Shown here one piece after another: positions 19,723 through 29,900 of a DNA stretch of 64,000 nt (position 1 is the stretch's first letter; each line of letters opens with the position of its first letter). The notes below the pieces were generated by a model. That model worked only from the letters and a program-made list of their open reading frames with translations, had not been told where the DNA came from and made no database searches. The stretch covers positions 12,954-76,953 of the forward strand of contig JBEIPA010000024.1 of the NCBI GenBank assembly GCA_040377305.1, read 5' to 3'. The stretch is from Flavobacteriales bacterium. GTDB lineage: Bacteria; Bacteroidota; Bacteroidia; Palsa-965. The position numbers and the translations under genes were made by a program.

Positions 19723-20240
19723 TTGAAGGCAGACCTGATATTATAATAATTCGAGGAGCTCCATGCTCTGGCAAATCAACAACTGCAAAAATCTTGTCTG
19801 AATTCTTTCCGACTGGTGTGCGCGTAGAGGTTGACACTTTGCGAAATATGATCATATCTGTTGATTGGAAGAATCAAAGTGAACATATTAACCTTTTGCA
19901 TCTTTCAACTAAGCTGGTATGTGACTTTCTGGATTTAGGATTCAGTCCTGTGATTCTTGTCGACACCTTCAGTGGCGATAAACTGACTAAATTTCTTGCG
20001 GATTTGCATGAATTGAAAAGCGACGCGACAGTTAGAATCTTTGGACTTTATACTTCCGAAGATGAAATGAAGAAGAGAACCGATGGGCGCGGTGAAGGGG
20101 AATTCAGAGATTTTAAGATTTGTAGACGGCTAAATGAGGAAGTTTGTAAAGCAAAATATGAAAATGAATATCAGATTGATACCACGGGACTGACATCTGC
20201 TCAAACTTCCGCAATCATTTATAAGCAGATCACCAATTAA
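19719..20240 (+). CDS. P-loop kinase (AAA_33 / nucleotide kinase-like)
   Basis: 'IIIIRGAPCSGKSTTA', 'DTLR', C-terminal 'IDTTGLT'; ATGA overlap with the methyltransferase. Confidence 0.8.
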   Translation: MIEGRPDIIIIRGAPCSGKSTTAKILSEFFPTGVRVEVDTLRNMIISVDWKNQSEHINLLHLSTKLVCDFLDLGFSPVILVDTFSGDKLTKFLADLHELKSDATVRIFGLYTSEDEMKKRTDGRGEGEFRDFKICRRLNEEVCKAKYENEYQIDTTGLTSAQTSAIIYKQITN

Positions 20241-20938
20241 TGACACCTCCGCACTTGACCTCTTTATATCCATTCACTCTTGCTGACCATTTGAAAAAGC
20301 ATTTCGATGTCTATGGACTTTTCTATGACATTCGTGGAACTGGTTATCGCTCCTGTCTGGAAATTGTAACTAAAGATTCTTGCTCGAATATTTCAAGGTT
20401 GATCCATCAAAGACCTGACGCAATAGTGACGATGATGAATCCCGGTTCCTCGCGGCCTTTAAAGGAAATTTACGAGCCGCATATTGTAAACTCCTTTGCC
20501 GAGGCTGACAAACTTCTCATGAAAGGACAACTTATTCCAACACATCCCGATCCGACGCAATATCAGGTAGAACGAATAATGCTAAAGATGAACTGGAACC
20601 ATGTTCGGGTGATTAACCTTGCTGACCTGAGACAAGCGAAATCAAATCTATTTGCAAAATCAATCCACGAGAAGACCAATTCATACTCTCTTTTTTCTCC
20701 TGCTCGAAGAAGAACCCTCGATAGTTTATTTCAGTCTGATACTGTGATCTGCGGATGGGGCATGGATATAAAGCTGACGCCGCTCATTAATCCAGCTTTA
20801 GACTACTTGAAGCAGAAAGGCATCAGGATCGTCGGTCAACCAGTAACAGAGAATAGTATTTACTATCGGCATCCCAGCCCGATGATAAAGAAAAAAAAGG
20901 TGGAATGGTTGGAGGAAATTGAGGCTCAATTGGGCTAA
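20240..20938 (+). CDS. DUF1643-like protein
   Basis: 'MMNPGSS...DPTQ...VINL...CGWG...RHP' motifs; TAATG overlap with the kinase. Confidence 0.7.
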   Translation: MTPPHLTSLYPFTLADHLKKHFDVYGLFYDIRGTGYRSCLEIVTKDSCSNISRLIHQRPDAIVTMMNPGSSRPLKEIYEPHIVNSFAEADKLLMKGQLIPTHPDPTQYQVERIMLKMNWNHVRVINLADLRQAKSNLFAKSIHEKTNSYSLFSPARRRTLDSLFQSDTVICGWGMDIKLTPLINPALDYLKQKGIRIVGQPVTENSIYYRHPSPMIKKKKVEWLEEIEAQLG

Positions 20939-21262
20939 GTATCCTGTCCACGCGACAAATTCCGAATAAATTTTGCACTTGTTTTACAGGTAACACCCTG
21001 AATTCAGTTGAATTCTCATGGTGTTTTACACTTAACCGGTGTTGTTTTACAGATAATGCAGTGTTGTTTTACACTTACTTCTCGAATTCTCAAATCAACC
21101 TTATGGTATTAGCGCGACGCAAGCTGTTTTGGTATCGCGAAGTCAGTTTAGCCCAACTGCGCTGGTTTGAATTCTTGTTGCGGTCCGGCGAATTCTTGTG
21201 CGCGCACCATAATTCTTAAATCTGTAGAATTTTTATTGTGCGAAATCTGGCGAAATGAAGTG

Positions 21263-21284
21263 TTTATCCGTTTACAAACGGCTA
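21263..21284. promoter_or_regulatory. dispersed palindrome, copy 3 (single core)
   Basis: TTTATCCGTTT-AC-AAACGGCTA about 90 bp upstream of the gene at 21376. Confidence 0.6.
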
Positions 21285-21375
21285 TTTCCAAAAAATGTTC
21301 TACGTTTCAGTGATGCAGTGCTTATGTTACATGGAGTAATGTCCATTCAGAGACTATTAATTCGATCTGCTAACA

Positions 21376-22083
21376 ATGCCAAAAAAACTATTTTATATTC
21401 TTGGGGCCATTTTTCTCGTGATCCTCATCGTGGTTGGCACAGGATTATTTGTGGCAACATTTCGATCTTCTGAGTTAAGTACTAGAACTGACGATTGGGG
21501 TCAGTTTGGGGATTATTTCGGTGGCATTATGAACCCTATTCTTGCATGTGGAAATATTTTAGTCTTATGGTATTTGACTAGTATGGTTCAAGCAATCGAA
21601 AAAAGTCGTGATTTCGCCAAAAGCCAAGATGAGAAAGACAGCAAAAAACGAGAACTTGAATTTCAAAAAAAGTTATTTCTACTGGAATTACAACAGACGG
21701 CCTATAAGGATCTTTTAGACCTTTTGAATAAAATCGATCCTTTATCTATTACAAGTGCTGTATCAAGAGGGCCGGGAGCAATTAAGAAGAAGGTAGAGCA
21801 ATTGGGTGCCATAAGAATAGAGATAATAGCATACTGCAAATGTCAATATCACCTATTCCCTTTTTTGAGCCAAGATCACGTTGATTATCCTGGCGATGAA
21901 ATTCTGGCAATGGATGCTTCCATCAACGATCTTCTAACTGGACTCGAAAAAATAAAGTCAAACTCACTTACAGAAGATCAAATGGAGGAACTGTTTGGAT
22001 TGATATCGTTCCTATCAACTTCCCGAGATGTATTCGTTAATGTTTTTCAAAAGAGCATTATTTCTAACCTGAATGCCAACTAA
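21376..22083 (+). CDS. 2-TM membrane protein with 'WGQFGDYFGG' motif (resembles N-termini of putative abortive-infection proteins)
   Basis: TM1 at 5-29, 'DDWGQFGDYFGGIMNPIL', TM2, then coiled coil. Confidence 0.65.
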   Translation: MPKKLFYILGAIFLVILIVVGTGLFVATFRSSELSTRTDDWGQFGDYFGGIMNPILACGNILVLWYLTSMVQAIEKSRDFAKSQDEKDSKKRELEFQKKLFLLELQQTAYKDLLDLLNKIDPLSITSAVSRGPGAIKKKVEQLGAIRIEIIAYCKCQYHLFPFLSQDHVDYPGDEILAMDASINDLLTGLEKIKSNSLTEDQMEELFGLISFLSTSRDVFVNVFQKSIISNLNAN

Positions 22084-22088
22084 GTGTT

Positions 22089-24929
22089 ATGAACGAGGAA
22101 TCGAATAAAGCACTCAATGAGGAATTGAGGAGGAGGTTAAAGTCTGAAAGTTCCACCTCTGAGATTAAATGGAACATGTTTTCTCATCCTAAACCTAAAC
22201 CTACGATCAGGAGACAGAGGGTCTGGGATAGTCTTGTGGAAGCGGCTAAAGTATATTCTATTCTGGTCGTAAGCGGAGACTCGGGTTGCGGAAGAACATG
22301 TTTAATTACTGATTTTGTTATTAGCTCCATTCAAAGTGGATTCTATTCCAAATGCCTATGGTACACGGTTTTTGATCATTCATCATTCGAGAATTTGATT
22401 CTTGAACTACATGCGTCCGGTCTCCCAGTGGCTGGACAAACGCCGAGATTAAGGATGCTCGCTTTGATTGATGTTCTGGAAAGCCGTGACATCGTGCTTG
22501 TCCTTGATGACTTTAAATGGATTGAAACTGATCAAAAATTTAATGACTTATTTTCACTATTGGAAGAACGTTCAGATAAAGCAAGGATTATACTAGCTAC
22601 AAATCAAAAAGCTCACAGCGCTTTTAAGACAAAACGTGCAACCATAGAGTTACTCGGCTTTGATGAAGTTGAAGTAAGAGAGATATTCAGTAAACACGAC
22701 ATAGCAATTACATCGAAGGAATTGAAAGAGTTGCGATCAAAAACAAATTTTCTGCCGCAAGGGATCAAAATTGTAATTGACATTCATCAAAAAAAGAAAT
22801 TGGACGTGCTGACAATTCTCGAAAATGAGCTTAAAGGAGACGATAGTTACTTCTCTTGGAATGAAAAAAATCTAAGCGCATTAACCGCACAGGAGAGAGC
22901 CATGTTGCAATATCTAGCGTGTGTGGAAGGTCGTTTCAACGTTGAAATTGTTAATCTATTGATCAAAAACTTGCAGATATCTTTCCCTCCTGAAATCAAT
23001 AATTGGGCCAAAGGAGTAATCGTCTTGACAACCTATAGTGACGGAGAAAGTTGGAGTATGCCAGATTTTTTAAGAACGTATTTAAGAACTACAATTAGTG
23101 CCAAGATCAAAACCGAAATAGATGCTGGTTTAGCTATTTTCTACTGGAGTAAATATGAATCTGAGCACAATGATGTTAAATCGGACATCGGCAAACAGTT
23201 ATACTTTGGATTCAAAGCATGTAAACATTATCAGGAAGCGAGGAACTATGGCGCTTCTGCGTTTGTTTTAAAACAAATTGCGCATAAAGCTAAGCCGCTT
23301 GGACTCTATGAGCAGTTCCTCCCATTGGCGAAAAATGAAATTGAGAATAACCCGAATAGAAGCTTATGGATTGATTTTCACTTTTGTCATTGCTGCCAGA
23401 TTACTGGGGAGTACAACACTTCATTGCAATATCTTGTGCCGTTGCTCATGACTAAATTTATGACAAAGCAGCACGATACAGAAAATATCAATCTCCATTT
23501 GAAATGCACGATGCTTTTCGCCGAGTTGATCTCGGATTTAGGTTATGATAAATACGCACTCCAAGTGCTTAGGGGTTGTGTTGACGCATATGATGTGAAT
23601 AAATTGGAGTTTTCCACTGCCATGCAGATGATTTCATTGGTTGGTTGGTTTTACCTGAGAATTGAACAGTACTCAGAAGCAGAAGAAATATTGGAAAAGC
23701 AGGTAAAGGAAGTTAAGCTCATTAATGACTTATGGGGAGCTGCTGTTTCTTCAACACGATTGGGGATTCTTTCATATCGAAAGAAAAAATATGTGGAAGC
23801 AGTAACTTATTTAGTCGATTCCTACAAATGTTTTGCCAGCGATTATGTTCGCGATCGGAGAGGAGAGGCATGGGCTAGTTCCTACCTAGGTCTTTGTTAT
23901 TTGAGGATACACGAGACAGATAAAGCTGAAGAATTTATCATTAATGCAATTACTATTCATAGAGAAGTCAATGCAATTGACCGAGAACATTCAGTCATAC
24001 TAAGTGAATATTTAGATCTGGTGAAAAATGAGAATTTGCGAGGTGTGATCAATGCAGAGCTCGACAGAATTAAGGTCAAGATTGTGAATAATCGAATCAC
24101 TCAAAAAAATGTCTTACTTATAGATCAGGTCATAAAACTTACATCAGAACCGACTAACCCCAGAGAATTTAATTTTTCTCCGATGCTGATGTTTGCAAAT
24201 CATGGGAAAGGCATTAAAATGGACTCTTATTATGTGCACAGTTATATAGCGAAAGCGAAAAAAGAGAATTATTCCACGGTCATCACTAATCTGTTTAATG
24301 AATACAAAGTAGAATCTTTTTTTTATTACCCCCTCTGTAATAAAGTTATTTCCGAATTTTCGAAAGAAGATCCAGAAGTCGCCAGGTTATGGGTGGTGCC
24401 ATATATAAAGTCAATACTAATAACTACAGATTCCATAAGAAAGCACTACGCAAGGGTCCTTGAACTTGCTGGGATGCCCTTGAGAGCACTTGAACTGTTG
24501 GCTGTTGTGACGAATAAGGATCATAATTATTACACTACACTGGGTAATTGCCACAAGGACACTGACCGATTTTTTAGTAGGGATTGCTATTTAAACGCTC
24601 TACACCTTGCTGAAGACAATATTGATGTTGCAAGAATCTGTAATAATCTGGCTCAGTTAATTTATAACACAAAATGGAGTGCAATGTATGTTGAGGGTGT
24701 TCAATATTGTCATAATGCGATTAAGCGGAGAGAAGGGTGGTCTTATCCGTTGCGAAATCTCCTTCTGATCGAAATCGAGTTAAGTGATCCTACCGAAACT
24801 GTGGATGTCTTGAAGAAATTGTGCGCTGAATACAAATTGCCTGTCAATTTTATTTGTCCTGATGTTTCAAGAATTTGGAATAGAGATAAAAAGAAATTGG
24901 TGCGTGACGCATTAAAATGCATTAGTTGA
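22089..24929 (+). CDS. STAND-class (NB-ARC/MalT-like) NTPase with C-terminal TPR repeats
   Basis: Walker A variant GDSGCGRT, Walker B IVLVLDD, sensor 'IILATN', 'FLPQGI' GxP-like region, multiple TPRs ('DRRGEAWASSYLGLCY'). Confidence 0.75.
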   Translation: MNEESNKALNEELRRRLKSESSTSEIKWNMFSHPKPKPTIRRQRVWDSLVEAAKVYSILVVSGDSGCGRTCLITDFVISSIQSGFYSKCLWYTVFDHSSFENLILELHASGLPVAGQTPRLRMLALIDVLESRDIVLVLDDFKWIETDQKFNDLFSLLEERSDKARIILATNQKAHSAFKTKRATIELLGFDEVEVREIFSKHDIAITSKELKELRSKTNFLPQGIKIVIDIHQKKKLDVLTILENELKGDDSYFSWNEKNLSALTAQERAMLQYLACVEGRFNVEIVNLLIKNLQISFPPEINNWAKGVIVLTTYSDGESWSMPDFLRTYLRTTISAKIKTEIDAGLAIFYWSKYESEHNDVKSDIGKQLYFGFKACKHYQEARNYGASAFVLKQIAHKAKPLGLYEQFLPLAKNEIENNPNRSLWIDFHFCHCCQITGEYNTSLQYLVPLLMTKFMTKQHDTENINLHLKCTMLFAELISDLGYDKYALQVLRGCVDAYDVNKLEFSTAMQMISLVGWFYLRIEQYSEAEEILEKQVKEVKLINDLWGAAVSSTRLGILSYRKKKYVEAVTYLVDSYKCFASDYVRDRRGEAWASSYLGLCYLRIHETDKAEEFIINAITIHREVNAIDREHSVILSEYLDLVKNENLRGVINAELDRIKVKIVNNRITQKNVLLIDQVIKLTSEPTNPREFNFSPMLMFANHGKGIKMDSYYVHSYIAKAKKENYSTVITNLFNEYKVESFFYYPLCNKVISEFSKEDPEVARLWVVPYIKSILITTDSIRKHYARVLELAGMPLRALELLAVVTNKDHNYYTTLGNCHKDTDRFFSRDCYLNALHLAEDNIDVARICNNLAQLIYNTKWSAMYVEGVQYCHNAIKRREGWSYPLRNLLLIEIELSDPTETVDVLKKLCAEYKLPVNFICPDVSRIWNRDKKKLVRDALKCIS

Positions 24930-25085
24930 GATCCATATAACAGGTATTATAGTGTCACTTACTTCGGCGAAATAGCTTACTATTGTATGGTCGTTAGGTC
25001 ATAATCGTTTTATCAGGTGTCTTATTCGGTAACTAGACAACAACAACTCACACACCCCCCGCCTCTACGCGGGTTTCAGCACCAG

Positions 25086-25105
25086 GTTCGATTCTCTCCG
25101 GGTCC
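25086..25105 (+). repeat. attR-like copy of the ssrA 3' end
   Basis: Exact 20-bp match to 4457-4476. Confidence 0.85.
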
Positions 25106-25131
25106 TCCACACATTAATCCACCAAACTTTC

Positions 25132-25167
25132 AAAACCCTTTAGAACAAACATTCTAAAGGGTTTTTC
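25132..25167. terminator. bidirectional terminator
   Basis: AAAACCCTTTAGAA-caaaca-TTCTAAAGGGTTTT between convergent transcription units. Confidence 0.8.
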
Positions 25168-25210
25168 AATGTGCATCTTGTTCGGTTTTATTTCACCGGC
25201 TTCCGCGATA

Positions 25211-26995
25211 TCACTCAACCAAATCCCACCTCAATCCGCTATCTCCTTCTCCCTTTCCATTCCCTGTTTTCCTTCCTACCCAGTGCACCACTTTACCGTT
25301 ATACCATCTTGTTCGTTGATAGCTCTGCGTAACAATTGTGCCTGAACGTGGAACTTCTTCTTCGTGAATATAGAACGGACCGGCACCGGCAAGAATACTG
25401 CTGCGCGGTTGAATGAGTGTATTGCTGCTGTCGACTGTACGCGGCATACCTGCACGCTGCATCTGAATGTTGCGATCGCTGCCTGTTGTGTGAACCGAAA
25501 TAAACGGTATCCAGTTTTCGGGAACGCTGGTACCGAGTTGGTAAGTTGCTGCGGTGCCTGGTGGCGTGGGTGTAGCGGGCGCACCTGCGAAGTAATTCCT
25601 TAATGTGGTTGCAGCTTCGTATCCGCTTTGTGAATTTCCGGATGGAAGCGAAATCGTATTCTCGATACCCCACACCATGTTCGCCATTTCATCTCGGATG
25701 AAATTCACTTTCTCTATCGGATCGCTTTCCATCACCTTAATCGTTGATGGAATCAACAGCAGGCGGTTGTCGGCATTTGCCTGCTCACCTTTCACCGATA
25801 GATTATACATCTTCCACGTTTGCCAGTCGTCGTCCGGTCCTTCACCTGCAGCGCGGATAAATGTGCGCTCGCCAAACGTGTCGGTGATCATCATTCCTTT
25901 TATCGCACAGATCGTTCCCGGATTCATCTGGTAAGGAAGCAGGAACCAGTCGTTGCCGGAGATGAGGCCGAATTCTGCAATCAGCAAATGAAGCAGGTCC
26001 GTTGTGTTGGCGTTGATCGCGCCGAAATCTGTTTTGCGGTCTTCCATTTCCCAGTAGCGCGCTTCTGGCATACCTGCAAACACCGCGGGTGAAGGAATGA
26101 ATGAAATCAGTTTTTCTGTTGCGGGGGCGTCTGTAATTGTTTCAGTGGCTTCATCTGTGAGTTTAGTTTGCGATGAATCGACATCAAAAGAATACCAGTC
26201 AAGGTGACCTGAATCGTATTGATCAGCTGCCAGTATGGTTTGTTTGCCTGCAGATGCAGGTGCCGCGCAGGAGAAAGTGTATTCAAGGTTTTCTGTCACC
26301 CACGACTGTTCACTGTTGTCCTGTGCGCCGTACAAACGTTTGTACCACGCTTGTAATGTTGTTCCGCATTGCATCAGCATATCCTGGTCTCCGGACGCAA
26401 TGCCCGTTGCAGGATCGCGCACCCAACTTTCAAAAGCTCCGGAATTAATTTCTGTGACGAGGAAATATCCGTTATACCCGCGACGCTCCAGCTGAGTATA
26501 CAACTGCATAGAGTCCTGATCGCACTGGAGTTGCGCAAGCAATTCCGGATCCGCAGGCAATGCAGATTTATAACGTGTGCGTATCGACGTCAACGGATCT
26601 GTACTGAAAGTCTGATCAGAAAGTATTCGGTTGAATTGCGCACTGATCTGCAGGCGGAGTTTTAGAGAATCGGCGACGTTTTGTTTTTCTACACGCGCTT
26701 CGAGCGGGAGAGAGTCGTCAAAGGAACGTGCGTTTCCGTTCACCGCTGCAAAACGGTTGATCGTATTTTCTTCGGTAAGAATACGCGCATCTACCGGCGA
26801 TCCTCCATCCTCCCCCTGAAATTCTCCCATCTGCCATTGACGTGCGAGCATCCACAGTGCATCACGCACTTCCGCGCGCAGGCTGCGTGAAAAATCTTCG
26901 CTGCGCGGACGCGGTTCCAAACGGTTCCATCCTACAATGGTGGGTGCAGTTACTTTTTGTGTGCCGATATGATCAAAGAGTCTTCTGTTGGGCAT
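25211..26995 (-). CDS. hypothetical protein, gene 5 of the DUF6603 operon
   Basis: 594 aa; 'RAEVRDALWMLARQWQMGEFQGEDGGSP', 'VPENWIPF', 'EEVPRSG' motifs; 3-bp gap to the upstream gene. Confidence 0.85.
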   Translation of the reverse strand: MPNRRLFDHIGTQKVTAPTIVGWNRLEPRPRSEDFSRSLRAEVRDALWMLARQWQMGEFQGEDGGSPVDARILTEENTINRFAAVNGNARSFDDSLPLEARVEKQNVADSLKLRLQISAQFNRILSDQTFSTDPLTSIRTRYKSALPADPELLAQLQCDQDSMQLYTQLERRGYNGYFLVTEINSGAFESWVRDPATGIASGDQDMLMQCGTTLQAWYKRLYGAQDNSEQSWVTENLEYTFSCAAPASAGKQTILAADQYDSGHLDWYSFDVDSSQTKLTDEATETITDAPATEKLISFIPSPAVFAGMPEARYWEMEDRKTDFGAINANTTDLLHLLIAEFGLISGNDWFLLPYQMNPGTICAIKGMMITDTFGERTFIRAAGEGPDDDWQTWKMYNLSVKGEQANADNRLLLIPSTIKVMESDPIEKVNFIRDEMANMVWGIENTISLPSGNSQSGYEAATTLRNYFAGAPATPTPPGTAATYQLGTSVPENWIPFISVHTTGSDRNIQMQRAGMPRTVDSSNTLIQPRSSILAGAGPFYIHEEEVPRSGTIVTQSYQRTRWYNGKVVHWVGRKTGNGKGEGDSGLRWDLVE

Positions 26996-26998
26996 CTC

Positions 26999-29900
26999 TT
27001 AAGTTGATAAAAAGTTAACCGGAATATTTACGGCGAAGTTGGTGGAAATCGTAACTGGTTGAGAAGAGAATGCTGTCATCACTGCGGGCAGAAACTGTGC
27101 ATATACCGATTTGTCGACAAGGTCCGGTTCCACTGCACGCCGCTTTGCACTATCGAGCGTGTCGTTCAGAATGTCCATAAGATCGCCCCACGTCCAGTTT
27201 CCTTTTAGTTCCGGTGTAACAGCGAGCAACAATGTCTGCGGCGGCATTGCATTCGGCTGATCATAATGAAACGCAATTCCTGTTGTTTCTTTTCCGGATG
27301 GAATGAGCTCGGTCCATTCATCAATCATCAGTCCGCATTGCGTTGTTGTAGCGTCGTAAGTCGCAGGCAACAATGCACTGATGGAAAGAATATCCGTATC
27401 AATAATCATCTCTGGCGGATACTCCACCGCTACCCAATGATCGGCCGTTCTTACCGGAAGCTGTACGGGAGTTAGCGAAGAACTTACCCCGGTGAGATGT
27501 AATGCATACGTAAGAGAGCTCTCGAGCAACGCCGATTGGTTTCTCACTGTAGCAACTCCCTGCAGCCATTCTTCCGCGATGTAAGGATTTCCGTTGGCCG
27601 AAGAATAACGGACAAGATTGTCTGCATTTGCAACTGCGCTGTTAAATTCGCTTGCGTTGGTGATTGTAAACCGCGGCAACAGCGGAAAAGAAGTGCCCAG
27701 CAATTGTTTCGCCGCATCGGTGTACTTCGCATAGAGTTCATCCTGCTTGCGCGATGCTTCCTGCAGTAATTCACTTTCAGTGGGCACTGCAGATAACGTA
27801 CCTTCTGAAGGGACGTGATCAAGCAGTATACGCGCCGCCGCCAATCTTTTCGCAGCGAGTTCTGCTACCTGCACAGTCTGACTGCTGAGTGCGGTGTATT
27901 CAGTTGCAGAAATTCCGACAGTCGAAACCGGAAATGCTTCCGTAATTCCAAATACCGATAGTTTCAGAAGTTTCTCACGCCATGTATCAAACTGCACAAC
28001 GGTATACGTACCGGTAACAGAAGCAGCAAACGTAACGAGATCATTCATCGCGTTCATGAGGTCGCTGTACACAGTATCAAGGCGTCCCGTTGCTGATGAA
28101 TTCACGAGATCATCGGCTAAATAACCTGATGCGTTTTCGTTGACTGCAGCCTGGGCTGTAGCCGGAAGATTAAGATCCGATGCATTCAGTGGCCGACAAC
28201 CGGTAACAATTTTACGCAGCGATTTCAGCAGCGGAAGAACTTCAAAAAGTGTTTTGGTATCGTCGGTCCACGCTGAATCACGATCCAGGATGCGGAGAAG
28301 GACGGTTGCAGAATCAGGAAGATTTTTCGCCTTGCGGAAACGATAAGCAATGTGCTTTTCCAATTCTGAAGAACCTGAACCGATCTGTTCACCGGTGCGC
28401 AAAATCAATTCCAGCGGCTGAAGAAGCAGTGCGGAAAGATCAACCTCTCCGGGTTCGACGGTTTCTATGCCGCTTACTTCATCAGTGAAAGTGCCTTCTG
28501 CAAGACAACGGATCTTTGACGGATCACCGATCATTTCACCCAGCCATTTGTTTAATCCTTTCTCAGTGGATGCTTGTGGACCGAATGATGTTCCCCACTC
28601 AGTATACGAAGGATTTACATCCAAATGCAGGTGAACGCGATTGGTGATCATTTCTCCGCGGCGTGGTGTATTAACGATTTGCGGTTCGGGTGGAAATTTT
28701 CCTTCCGCCACTGATTTCATTACTGCACCTGCGCGCTCGAAATTACCCTGCACTACCTGGTACACACTTTCCGCAAGCGAAAGATCGCCCACCGCATCGA
28801 GTGCATCGGCTAACGCGTCCAGTTCTGCAATGATTGCTTTTCCTTCTGAAGAAGTTGCGCCTGGCAATCCACTCACGCCATACGGATAAGTTTTTGCTTT
28901 GTATGCCTGCACCAATGCACTTCCGTCAACAACATTCGATGCTCCGATCGTTTCTGCCGTTGAAGGCTCAACTACTTCGAGCTCGCTTCGGATCAGCGGA
29001 AACGCTTCACGGAGCACGTATATATATTGATCGAGAAGCAGAGGGGAATGATTTTCATGAAGCCCCCGCTCCAACTGGTAACCCAGCAATGCACCGAGCG
29101 ACTGTCCGTTGCGTATACCATCCTGATAATAGAGCGCTTTCCGCACGCGTGAAGAAGAAAGATTAACCGACATTTCATCTGCGTTGTCTTCATCGGCATG
29201 TGCGAGATATGCACTGCGCAATACAGCACCGGTCAATGCGTGATTCAGCGAAACGCCGTGAATGTATCCGCCGTTGTTCCGGTTTTCATACACCACACCT
29301 TTGCCCGGTTCACGCAGGTTAGCCGGAATGTCTGAAGAATCAGCAATCTTTTTTGCAGTATCAGGACGGATATCTTCTGCCCATCCAAATGCACCGATAT
29401 AAATTCCTTCCGACGTATCCTGTGATCCCGCAGTTTGTGAACGCAATGCTTCGATGCGTTTGGTATAAAATGCCGTTTGCCATGCATCCAAACGGTAGCT
29501 GCAGGTATCGAGATGCTCCGTAAGCAGGCGCTCTAATCGCGCCGTTGGAAGTTTACTTAGATCAATCAGCGCGTCTGTCAGTTCATTTGTTTCCGCGCTG
29601 GTAGCTATCGACATTTTTTTTGTAATGAAATCGCCGGCTGTAATACTTTGTGTAATGCCCAGTTCAGGAAGTGTTTTGCCGACGTCCGCATTCAGGTAAT
29701 CCATTTTTGTCGGTGCCGGCTTCGAACTTATGTTCACGGTTGATTCTTCCTTTACAGGCTTTGTGATTACCTGGCTGGTGAGAAATAACCGGTGAACATC
29801 ATTCCACGTTTGCTGGAGGTACGCATTGCGCAACAGAAGATAGAGCATGGCCGTAGGAGGATTGATTTCATTTCCTTCGGCATCGGTGAATTTTTCCCGT

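Larger units (their letters stand above)
4457..25105. mobile_element. genomic (defence) island integrated at the ssrA 3' end
   Basis: 20-bp direct repeat GTTCGATTCTCTCCGGGTCC at 4457-4476 (inside ssrA) and 25086-25105; defence-type cargo; no integrase ORF recognised. Confidence 0.75.
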
